DNA of 64,000 nt from Cyanophora paradoxa CCMP329. Lineage: Eukaryota; Plantae; Glaucophyta. Positions 25,536-36,419 of this stretch are shown here, in pieces (position 1 is the stretch's first letter; each line of letters begins with the position of its first letter). The position numbers and the translations under genes were made by a program. The DNA is taken from contig QPMI01000164.1 of NCBI GenBank assembly GCA_004431415.1, positions 1 through 64,000 of the forward strand, given 5' to 3'. The notes below the pieces were generated by a model. That model was not told where the DNA came from. It made no database searches and worked only from the letters and a program-made list of their open reading frames with translations.

Positions 25536-28154
25536 CTAGGAGGCGGCGGGGGCGGCGGGGGCGGCCGGCTCTGCGGGGGCCGGCTCGGCCTGGGCGGCCT
25601 TGGCGGCGGCGCCGATCTTGGCGACGAGGTCCTGCAGCTTCTCCTCCATCCGCTTCATCTGCCGCCCCGGCTCGACCCGGGGCGAGGGGCGGGGCGGGGC
25701 GGGCGGGGCGGACGCGGGCGGTGGTCTCCTCGAGCTGGGCCTGGAGCTTGGCGACGGCGGGCTGCTCGCCGGCCCCCTCGAGGGCCTGGGCCTGGCGCTC
25801 GAGCCAGGGGCGCTTCTGCGGGGCGAACGAGGCGGCGGTCGCCCGCACGCGCCCCGCCGCCGAGGCCGCCTGCAGGCTCACGAGCCCCTCCACCGCCGCC
25901 GTCCGCACTGCCCCGCGCCCCGCCCGCCTCAGCTCGGAGAGTGGTGCGGAGCGGTGCGGGACGGGGCGGGGCGGGCGGACCGCGCTCGAGGGGGGAGGAG
26001 AGGGCCTCGGCGACGACCTCGGCGACCTCGTCGCGCCGCGCGCGCTCCTGCCACTGCCCGCAACGCGCGTACGCCGTGATCGCCGCGCACTTCGCTGCGC
26101 CCCGCCCCGGCATCGCCTCGGGGACGGGGCGGGGCCGGCGGGCGGCGCAGGGCGGGCGGGGCGGACGGACCCTCCCAGCGCTCGCGGCCGTAGCCGATGC
26201 GGGCGCGGAGGAGGTCGAGGGCCTCGCGGCTCCGCACCCGCGCCAGCGCCCGCAGCGCCCCTTCCGCACCTGCCACAGCGCGTCTCAGCGAGGGCGGGGG
26301 GCGAGGAGGAGGAGGATGGGGAGGGGCCGGCGCACGATGGCGCCGAAGCCATTGTCCCCGAGGGCCGCCGTGATGATCTTCAGGTCCTCCGCCGCGTTCG
26401 CAGCCTCCTGCGCCCCCGCAGCGTTAGGCGCCGGGCCAGGGCGGCGTGCAGCGCGGGCGGGCGGGGGCCGGGCCTTGGCGGGGTCGGCGTCGGCGCCGCG
26501 CTGGGCGCCGAGGGCCTCGAGGGCGCGGGAGCGCGCGCTGTAGGCGACGTCCCCGCGCGCCAGCACGCCCCGCACCGCCCGCCGCACCCGCCAGTCCCGC
26601 ACCTGCCCGCGCCCGCCCGCCCCGCCCCGCCCGCGTCAGTCATCCGCGCCGGCCGGCGAGGCCCCGGGCCGGGCAAGGGAGCGTGCCTGCATGGCGCAGG
26701 ACATCATGGGGTTGAGGGCGCGCGGGTGCTCCTCCCGCTCCATCAGCCCCGCCAGCGCCTCCACCGCCTGCCCCCGCCCCCGCCCCGCCTTAGAAGGGGC
26801 GAAGCAAAGCTGAGCGGAGCCAAGTCGGGGCGGACGTGGGGGGAGGGGAGGCGGGCGAGGGCGCGGGCGGCCTCGACGCGGACGCCCATGAACGGCTCCC
26901 GCGCCATCGCGGCGGCGAGGGCCTTGGCGGCCTTGGGCGTGTCCACCTTCGCCAGCTCGCACGCCGCCCACGCACGGTTCCCCACACCGGGCCTGCCCAC
27001 AGCCCGCCTCAGTTCCCTTCGAGCGGACAAGGGCTGGCGGGGCGGGGCGGGGCGGACGCGTTGGCGAGGGTGCGCTCGAGGACGTCCTCGCCGGGGTTGA
27101 AGTCGAGGCGGTGCAGCACCTTCATCCCGGGGTCCACGCGCACCTCCCCGACCTTCCCCTGCACACGCGGGGGTGTGAGAGAGCGAGGCCGGGCGGGGCG
27201 GGGATGCGGGGATGCGGGGCGGGCGGGCCTTGAGGCCCGGGAAGACGAGGACGGCGCGGGAGGCGCCGTCCCTGAAGCGCGCCACCCGCCGGTGCTCCGT
27301 CCCTGCCCCGCCCCCCGCCCCCCGTCAGCGCCCGGCTCCCGGCCCCGCCCCGTGCCGGGCCCCGGGTCCTCGCACCGTTATCCTCGATGAGGACGACGTC
27401 GATGTCGAAGTCGAAGAGGCCGACGCCGCGCGCCGCGCTCTCCTGCGCCTGCGCCAGCGCCACCGTCGCCGTCTTCTCCTCCTCGCTCTGCTCCAGCGTC
27501 CCCTTCAGCTGCGGGTAGCCCCGCCCCAGCACCCACCTGCACGTGCACCCCCGCCCAGCCTCGGAGGGCGCGGCCGGCGCGCAGGCGGGAACGCGGACTG
27601 CTCGAAGAAGCGGGTGAGGTTGAGGCCGCTCTCCGCCTCCAGGCACTTCCCTGCGCCCCGCCCGCCGGCCCGCCCGTCTCGGCTCGACCCTCCTCTCGGA
27701 GGGCGCGGGGGCCGCGGGGGCCGCACGGAAGTCGTCGGTCTCGACGGTGCGGGTCCAGAACTTCTCGAGGTAGGCCTTCACGCCCGCCCAGAAGGCATCC
27801 TCCCCGCACACCTGCCGCAGCATGTGCAGCCTGCCCGCCCCGCGTCGACGCCCCGGGCGGGGCGGGGAGGGGCGGAGGGGGCGGGGGGCGGGGGATGCGG
27901 ACCGCCAGGCGCCGCCGGGGTAGAGGTGCGCGTCGTACATGCTCCACGACGAGTCGTACCTGCGCGCCGTTCAGAGGGCGGGTCGGGGGAGCAGGGGAGG
28001 AACAGGGCGGGGAGCGCGCGTGTTGGTGACGATGGGCCGCACGTACTCCTCGTCCGCCTCCGCAAAGTACGAGTTCGCACACAGCAGCATCTCTGCCCGT
28101 GCGAAGCGCGCCGCGGCCCCGCCGCCTCAGAGGGCGACGCGGGGGCGGGCGGGG

Positions 28155-28187
<33 letters not shown>

Positions 28188-29906
28188 GGACCGTACTCGA
28201 ACTCGGCCTGGGAGCGGTTGTCCTGGAGCCAGCAGCACTCGACGTAGGTGGCCCAGCTCTCCTTGAGCCACGCGTGGTCGAAGTGCCGGATCACCACCGC
28301 GTCCCCGAAGTACGCGTGGCCCATCTCTGGCGCGCCCCGCAGCCAGGTCAGAGCCGTTCGAAGGCGGAGGCGGGGGCGGAGGAGGACAAGGGAGAAGAAG
28401 AAGAAGCGGGGGCAAGGCTCGAAGGCACCGTGGATGACGACGAGGTTGACGAGGTGCTGGTACTCGCGGCCCAGCACGGGGTCCATGAGGAAGCTCTCGT
28501 CGAAGGTGACGAGCGTGAGGTTCTCCATGGCCGAGGCGCCCATCTCGGGGACGAGCATCGTGCTGTAGCTCTTGAAGGGGAACGGGTGCCCCAGGCGCTT
28601 GGTGATCCACGCCAGCATCCCCGGCGTCTCCCCGAAGCTCGCCCGCATGTGCTCCTGCGGGAAGGCAGGCGGGCGGTGGTCAAGGGCCGAGGGCGGGCAG
28701 ACAGCAGCAGGCGGGGCGGGGCGGACCTCCTTGAAGAGGGATGCGGCGACGTAGGAGACGCGTACCCCCTCCACCTCCCCGTCCTCGTACTGCCCGGGGC
28801 CCGCCCCGCGGACCGTCGGCCCCGGGCGGGGCCGCGAGGAACAGAGCAGGAGGAGGCCGCACGGTGCGGATGTCGCCGAGGGCGAAGCAGAAGAGGTAGG
28901 AGGGGCAGGGGAAGTCGAGGCGCCAGTGGCCCGTGACGCTCCCGTCCCCGTGCGCCTCCTCCTCCCGCGCCCTCGCGCCCCCCGCGACGGCCCCCGCCCC
29001 CGCCGGCCGCCGGATGTGTGCCTCGAACGTCGTCCGCACCGCCGGGAAGTCTGCGGGGGGGGCGGGCCTCGCGCGGCGTCCGGGGCGAGCGAGGCGGGGC
29101 TACCAGCGCACCCACGCACGGGAGCCAGAAGCGCGCCCGCTCCGTCTCGCAGTCGGTGTACGCCATCAGCGGGCTGCGTACGCGCGTCCGCCCCGCTCGC
29201 TCGCCCGAACCCCGGCCCGGCGCGGAGGGGAGGCGCGCGCGCACCGCTCGGGGTAGTGCGCGTCCGGCGCGCTGAAGTGCAGCCCTGCGCGCCGCGCTCT
29301 TTGTTATACGCGCGCTCGAGCGCCGCGGCGGGAGGGCGGGCGGGCGGGGGCGCGGGGCGCGCCGGTGATGGGCTTGAAGACGGTGTACGAGACGGTGGCG
29401 ACGCGCTTCTCGCCGCGCGCAAAGGGCTCGGCCCACGTGATGGCGATCTCCTTGCCGTCGTAGCGGAAGCTCAGCGCCTGCTCGCCCTCCACCGCCACGT
29501 CCTCGAACGCCACCGCGTTCAGCCGCAGGCTCCGCGACCCCGCCCGGTTGCACAGCACCGTGATCGCCACCCGCCCCGCCGCCCTGCGCATCGAATCGCT
29601 CATGAGCATCCCTAGCTCGAGCCGGGGAGGTCGCGCGCGCGCCCGCTGTGCACGCCGCCAGCGCGAGGGGGCGTCTCTAGCGGTTCACGGACCGCTGCTC
29701 CCGCAGGTCGGTGAAGTGCATGCTGACGTCGTTGTGGACGGGCTGCAGCGCGAGATCGGGCGCGTAGTGCTCCCGCGCGCCTACGCGGGCAGGCAGTTAG
29801 TCGGAGCGCGTGCGCGGCGCGCGGGAGGAGCACCCGCCATCGTGAATCCATCGCCGCTCGGAGCCGCCTCCGACGCCAGGGCGCGTGCGCACGAACAGCG
29901 AGGCAT
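25536..29906 (-). CDS. M1-family zinc aminopeptidase (PepN-like) with C-terminal HEAT-like repeats and a coiled-coil tail
   Basis: Motifs MAYTDCETERARFWLPCVDFP, GASAMEN (GAMEN), HEMGHAYFGDAVVIRHFDHAWLKESWATY (HEXXH-18X-E) and YDAHLYPGGAW. HEAT-like region, then VAKLQAQLEETTARMKRMEEKLQDL. ATG at 29906, TAG at 25536. Many short introns. Confidence 0.92.
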
Positions 29907-30327
29907 CTTTGCAGGATCAAACAGCGTACCCACGCATGGACTTTTTTCCACGCGGGTCCTTCTCGCCACGCCCCTGACGCGCCTTTCCGCACTGCCGGCC
30001 GGAGCAGGAGCTCTTCAAGCTAGCCTTCCCGCGTCGGCCAGCACTCTCGTCCCGTCCGTCAGGCCCGCGATTCGCCTCGCGAAGCCGTTATCCGAGAGGA
30101 AAGGGCCGTCGAGAATCAGAGTTGCCGGCACCAGCCCAAGCCCCAGCTGCACGTGCTAGCCGCCGGGGTTGCGAGTCGCGGCTCGTCGAGGGGCAAGCTC
30201 GTCGGCGCTCAAGCCGTTCCACAGCGTTTCCGTGACGGCTTCGCACCAGCTTGCGGAGCGGGCCGCGTTCTTGCGGCCGGAGCCACAGGCCGTCGAGGTT
30301 CAAGTCGCGTACGAGTCGCCACCAGAG

Positions 30328-32725
30328 ATGGACCCGCAGGCCCCGACCCTGCGATTCGCCCTGCCGCCGGCGAACGCCGCGCACAGCGAGAGCCTCCCCG
30401 TGCGTGCATCGTTTCGCGCTCCGGACGCGCGGACGCGCGCCGGACGCGTGTTCGCTGATGGCGACCCGCACGCGGCGCAGGTCTGGCAGGGCTTCCTCTT
30501 CAGCTCGGTGGCCCCCATGGGCGCCGCCGTATTCAGTACGCTCCCCGCCGCGTCACCCGCGCTCCCGCCCAGCCGCGCCGCGGGCCGCGGGCCGGGGCCG
30601 ACGCTCGGGCAGCGAACCCGTTCGACGTGGCGCGGGTGCGGATGCAGCTGCAGGGGGAGCGGAGCGCGGCGGAGCGGGTGTACAAGAACAGCGGGGACGT
30701 GCTGGTGAAGGTGGCGCGGGCGGAGGGCATCCGGGGCCTCGAGAAGGGCCTCATCACGGCCCTCTTCCGCGAAGGCTCCAAGAACCTCTTCCGCCTCGGC
30801 GTGCGCTGTGCTGCCTCCCGCTCCGCTTTCCGCCCCGGCCGCCTTGGCGCCCGACGACGGGTGCGGGTGCGCGCAGCTGTACGACCCGATCATGGACGTG
30901 CTGCACAAGCGGGAGGAGGGCCCGGCGCCCATGTACAAGCGCTTCCTCGCCGGCGCCCTCTCCGGCGCCGCCGGCGCCGTCTCCTGCAACCCCTTCGAGA
31001 TCGTCAAGACCCGTCCGCCCCGCCCCGCCCCGCCCCGCTTTGCTTGGTTCGCTGGCTCACGGCGTTGGTGGGCAGGGATGCAGGCGCAGGGCGGCACGGG
31101 TCACCAGCACAACTACACGGGCATCTGGTCCGCCTTCGGCAGCATCGTCCAGAAGGAGGGGGTCCGCCCCGCCCCGCGCCCCGCGCCGAGCGCCTCGCGC
31201 CGAGCCGAGCGCCCGGGCGCGTCCCGGGGCTCACGCGCGGGGCGGGGGGCGGGCGCAGCTGAAGGGGCTGTACCGGGGGAGCGGGGCCTCGGTGCTGCGG
31301 TCGTCGCTGGCGACGGGCATCAACCTGCCCGTCTACGGCATCCTCAAGGAGCGCATCGCGGCGCAGAAGGTCGTCAAGGACGGGCCCGTCGTCGACGCCC
31401 TCGCCTCCCTCTTCGGTCCGCGCCACCCGCCGCCCTCACCGCCCCCGCCCCCGCCCCGCCGCCTGCGCCTCTGACGGGGGCGGGGCAGCCTCCTTCTTCG
31501 TCGCCCTCGCCATCAACCCCGTCGACGTCGGTGCGCCGGCCCCCGCCCCCCGCCCCCCGCCCCGCCCCTCTCAGAGAATGACGCGGGACTTGGTCGGGAC
31601 AGTGCGGACGCGGCTGTTCAACCAGCCGCTGGGGGCGGACGGGCGGGGGGCGCTCTACGCGGGGGGCGTCGACTGCGCCCGCAAGCTGCTCGCCTCGGAG
31701 GGGCCCCTCGCCTTTTGGAAGGGCTTCTTCTCCTCCTTCATGCGCCTCGGGTCGGCTTTGTTTGCTTCGGCCCCGCCCTGCCCCGGCAGCTGCTGACCTT
31801 GGCCGCGGGCGCGCGGGCGCAGGCCGCACTTCGTGCTCACGTTCGTGTTCCTGGAGCAGATGAAGCGCTCCGCCCACGTCTTCCTCGTCGAGCGCCAGTC
31901 CGCCCCCCGCCCCCGCCCCCGCCCCCTTCCCCCGCTGAGGCGGCCCCGGGCGCGGCCCAGGCGGGTGCGGCGGCTGCGGCACGTGTTCGACCACTTCGAC
32001 CTGGACGGGAACGGGCTGCTGGACCGCAAGGAGCTCCACAAGGCGCACGAGGCGGCCCTCCCGCCGGCGGCCATCCCCGCCGACCCCGAGGCCCGCGCCC
32101 TCCACGCCCAGCGCATCAGTCCGCCCCCGCCCCGCCCCCTCCCGCCCCGCCCCGTTTGCTGAATTCGCCCTTCAGAGGAAACGGTGGAGGGGCTGCTGGG
32201 GCGGGCGAACTCGCGGTACGACGGGGCGCTGGACCTGCAGGGCTTCATGGCCGTCTCCCACGACATCAACACCCTCCTCCGCCGCCAGCAGCAGGCCGAC
32301 GTCTTCGCCGCCCTCGGCACGCCCCCGGCCCCCGCCCCCGCCCGTTTCCCCCGCCACGCCCGGGCTGAGGCCTGGGGGTCCGGCTGCCCGGCAGACATGG
32401 ACGGGTCGGGGACGCTCTCGTTCGGGGAGCTCGTCGCGGGGCTGCGGCTCCTCGCCCCGCTCCACCTCCAGAAGATGTCCCGCCCCGAGTACGAGGCGGT
32501 CCGCCACGATCCCCAGCCCGCCCCGCCCTTCCCGGGCGCCGCGGCTGAGGGGGGCGCGGTCTGCAGACGCTGGAGCGGGAGGTGCTGGCGTGGATGAAGC
32601 GGGCGGGGCGGGAGCGCTCGGGCCTCCTCACCTTCGAGCAGTTCGTCGAGGTCGTGGACTCGTCGCAGGCCGACTCCATGTCCTCCGCCATCGCCCACTG
32701 GATCTCCTACCACGACATCTCCTAG
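30328..32725 (+). CDS. Mitochondrial carrier (SLC25; OAC1/SLC25A34-35/UCP-like) fused to a C-terminal EF-hand domain
   Basis: Three carrier signature repeats: NPFDVARVRMQLQGE, NPFEIVKTRMQ, NPVDVVRTRLFNQ, ending WKGFFSSFMRLGPHFVLTFVFLEQMK. The frame continues without a stop into EF loops DLDGNGLLDRKE and DMDGSGTLSFGE plus two degenerate loops. Stop TAG at 32725. Confidence 0.9.
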
Positions 32726-32996
32726 GCCCCCGCCCCCGCCTAGCTAGTGATTCAAATTCGATCTGCGAGCTTCTATACCCGGCCACCGCGGCGGTCTGCC
32801 GCCGGCCCCCATTGTATGTATGTACAGCCGTTTCAAGAGCAGCGTGCATGTGACCTGATCATGAATTGAAAATACGCCTCCTCCTCTGGAGTACATGTCC
32901 ACACCACTAAAGAAACCCGCGGCGCGCGTCCCGAGTAGGTGGGCGGCCGCTCTGCGGATCGCGAGCGCTGGCGCGCGCTGGCCTCCGCGGCGGCGC

Positions 32997-33581
32997 TCAG
33001 ATGTCCTGCGGCGCGCTCAGCGGGAGCGAGGGGCGAAGGCGCCGGGCCCCGGAACCTTGAGGATGTCGAGGCCGATGGGGGCGCGGAGGAGGCCGGCGGC
33101 GGCGCCGGGCTCGCCCATCGCCGCCAGGAGCGCCTGCAGGTGCGCCGTCTTCAAGTGCCTGCCCGCCAGCCCGCCTCAGCGCCGCCCGAGGCCCGAGGAG
33201 CGCGGCAAGACGGGGACACTGCCCATGGCGCAAGTGGGGCCGGCGGGGAGCGGCGGGCGCACGCGTCGAGAGCGGCCTGCGACTCCCACTCCTCGACCAT
33301 GACAACGACGGTCGGGTCGGATACCGACTGGGTCAGCTGCGCGGCGTGAGACACCTGCGGCGCACCGCGCGGCGCGTCCTGCAGCCCACCTGGTACTCTG
33401 CACGCGGGCAGCGTTAGCTGGGCACGCTCAGCGATGCGGGGCGGCTCGCGTGCGCACGGATCGCGCCGGCCTCCTGCTTCGTGGGGACTGCGCACTTGCG
33501 CAGCGCCGAAATGACCTCCTCCTCCTTCCCGGGCTTGCACTCGAACTTGGCAACGACGCGCACGCGTCCCGTGTGCGCCAT
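32997..33581 (-). CDS. ABM (antibiotic biosynthesis monooxygenase / YgiN-like) domain protein
   Basis: MAHTGRVRVVAKFECKPGKEEEVISALRKCAVPTKQEAGAI-QYQ-LTQSVSDPTVVVMVEEWESQAALDAHLKTAHLQ matches the ABM pattern (E-G...E-W-S..AL..H....H). Includes an 8-nt micro-exon at 33390-33397. Confidence 0.88.
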
Positions 33582-33799
33582 TTCCGCAAGACTGTTCACG
33601 TTATAGGGGTAGAGGCAACGAGACGCTCCATTGGTACAAGGCCGCAGCCGCAGCTTGCGTGTTTCGGGAGCATTGGAAGCGCTCTATCATTCAAATTTGC
33701 GCAAGCGCTAGGCCCGGCACCGCCTGCAGCGGCAGCGGCGGCGCACGCGATTGCACGTGGCGGAGCCTGCGAACGAGCGCCGCCTGGAGTCCAGCACTG

Positions 33800-36092
33800 A
33801 TGACAGAGCTCGTCGCTCTGATCTCCGTCCGCGGCGCGACGCATGAGCTCCGGTTCGCATGACGTCGGTCGACGTCGACGCACGAGCGCCCCTGTCGCCG
33901 TCTTGACCGCCCGCGCAGCGTCGAGCCGAGCGCGACTGTCGAGGAAGTGCTTGCGATGCTGCCCACCGACGTCTCCGCGGCGTCCGCCAAGGTGGTGCAC
34001 AAGGGCAGGGCCCTGGAGCGCTCGTGCGCGCTCGGCACGCTCGGAGCCTCGCCGGTGAAGCTCATGCTCGTAGGGCGCGCCCGGCCGAGCGCGCTCGCTG
34101 GGCCGCAGCGGCTCACGCGGGACTCGCGCCGCGCAGGTCGACGGCAGAGGAGATTGAGAGGGTGCAGACGGCGAAGCCCGACGCGGCGCTGCGGCCGCTG
34201 GGCGAGGAGGCGCGGGGCCCGGCGGCGGCGCGGCCGGCGCGGCCGGCGGCGGCGGCGGCGCGGCCGTCCCCCTACGGGTTCGGCGAGCTCCGCGTCCTCC
34301 CGGGCTTCCCCGACGGGGAGGCCGCCATGGAGATCCTGCGCCGCCTGCAGGCCGAGCGCGGCATCCAGGCCCGCCCCGCCCCGCCCCGCCCCGCCCCGGC
34401 CCCTCCTCCCTCCCTCGCCTCACCCGCGCGGCAGGCGATCATGGAGAAGTACAAGTGGCGGGTGGGCGCGCTGGAGGAGATGTACCCCCGGGGCAAGGTC
34501 GGCGTGGACCCCGTCTGCGTCCTGGGGTACAACACGAACCGCGGCCAGTCGATCTCCCTCCGCCTCCGCACGGACGACCTGCGCGGCTTCCGCCACTACA
34601 ACACCGTCCTCAAGGCCCGGCCCCGGCCCCGCGCCCCGCGCCCCGCGCCCCGCGCCCCGCCGGCGCTGACCCTGTCTGGCCCCCTCAGGTCCTCTTCCAC
34701 GGTCCGCCCCGCCCCGGCCCGGCCCGGCCCGGCCCGACGCGGCGCGGGAGCCTGCGCCTGACTCGCGGGCGGGGGCAGAGCTGGCGCACAACGAGCACTC
34801 GGAGCACGACGCCGCCTTCTGGCAGCTCGCCCGGTACCCCCGCCCCGCCCCCCGGCCCCCTCCGCCGCCGTTCCTGAGGCGAGGCGCGTGCGCAGGCGGC
34901 TGGAGCGGGAGTTCGAAGAGCTGGACTGGACGAGGCGGGGCGGGCGGGCTCTCGGCGGGGGCGCCGCCCCCACGAGCTCCCGCAGGCGCCGGGGCGGGGC
35001 GGGGCGGGGTGGGGCCCGGCGGGGCTCGGGGAGGCGCGGCGGCTCGGGGGCGACGAGAGCCTCCGCGGCCTCCTCTCCGCCCGCGAGGCCGCCGGCATCG
35101 CCGCCCAGGCCCGCCCGCCCCGTCCCTGGCCCGCCCTCGCTCGCTCCGCTGAGGCGGGGCGGGCCGGGGCGCAGCTGAGGCTGACGGAGGAGGAGCGCGC
35201 GCTCGCCGCCGGCTGCGGCGCCCACGCCCACGCCCACGCCCACGCCCAGGCGCACGCGCAGGCGCCCTCGCCGCCCCCAGCAGCGGATGGCGCGGGGGCC
35301 TCCCCGCCGCCGCCGCCGGCCGCAGCCCCGGTCCCGCCGCGCATGCCCCCGCGTCCCCGGCCCCGTCTCCGTCTCCGGTTCCCTCGCCCCCTCCCGCGGC
35401 CTCCGTGGCGCCCACCACGGTCCCCTCCCCTCCGCCCGTCACCACCGCCCTTCCCCTCCGCCCGCAGCCCCTCGCCCCCTCCGCCTGCCGCCGCCCCTAC
35501 CCCTCCGCCCGGAGCGCCCTCACCCCCGCCGGCTGCGGCTCCCGCGGGTGCGGCGCGGGGCGTGGAGGAGGCGACGCGGGAGGCGGAGGCGGCGGCGGCG
35601 GCGGCCGGCGACGCGGCGCTCGAGGCGCTCGCGGCGGCCGCCGGGGAGCGGGGGCGGCGCGTGGCGGCGGCGGCGGAGGCGCTGCTGGCGTCGGGGGCGC
35701 CGGGGGCGCGGGCGGCGCTGGAGACGGTGCGCGCGTACGTCGCCAACGCCCTACAGCGCCCGGCGAGGCCCGCTGCCGCCGCATCCCCACCTCCAGGTCT
35801 CCCCCGCCCCGCCCCGCCCGCCCGTTGTCGCAGGATCCGACGGGCGGGGCGGGGGCAGCGCGGGGTACTCGCAGCGGGTGGCGCCGTACCCCGGGGCGGT
35901 GGAGGTGCTGCGGGCGGCCGGCTTCGCGGAGGAGGGCGGGGCCGGGGCCGGTGGGGGCGGGGCGGGGCGCTGGCGCTGCGCTCGGCGGACCCCGGCCTGC
36001 TCTGGCTCGCCCTCGCCGCCCTCGACGCCGCCCTCGCCCCGGCCCCGCCGCCCGGCCCCGAGGGGTCCCCCCACGCCCGCGCCGGCCCTTAG
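33800..36092 (+). CDS. WLM (Wss1-like) metalloprotease with N-terminal ubiquitin-like and C-terminal PUB-like domains
   Basis: GIQAIMEKYKWRVGALEEM..VLGYNTNRGQSISLRLRTDDLRGFRHY..VLFHELAHNEHSEHDAAFWQL (HEXXH). UBL-like N-terminus (KVVHKGRAL..KLML). PUB-like ALETVRAYVANAL..YPGAVEVLRAAGF. Confidence 0.88.
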
Positions 36093-36419
36093 CCTCCCCC
36101 GTCGCCGGTGCCGCCTCGAGCTCCATCTCCCGGCTCCCATGGCCATCCCAACCCTCATCCCAGCTCCTCCTGGCTCCGGCTCCGTCAGAGCCTCCACTCC
36201 ACCCCACGCCACTCGCACTCCACTGATGTTCATGCCAAAAAGAGCAATGAAAACCTTCAATATATTTGCATTGGGGGCGTCGCCCCGGCCCGCTCGCCGC
36301 CCTAGCCTCGGCTCTTCGAATTCCCCGCCGGCCCGGCGAGCTTGCGATCGGGGCCGCAGTGCGCACTGCGCCTGGGAGCCGCGGCGATCCTAGCGGTACA
36401 GTGCGCATGCAGCTTATGA

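Noticed and set aside
20146-28936. Very long overlapping ORFs (e.g. 946, 665, 574, 544 aa) as genes or antisense genes
   Set aside because: They are read-through of GC-rich introns and antisense shadows of the spliced genes, with no independent domain signal.
20760-36000. Frameshifts in the ARM and WLM genes as pseudogenisation or programmed frameshifting
   Set aside because: They fall in or near G/C homopolymer runs (e.g. ~20770), and the satellite shows the same run-length noise, so long-read errors are more likely.
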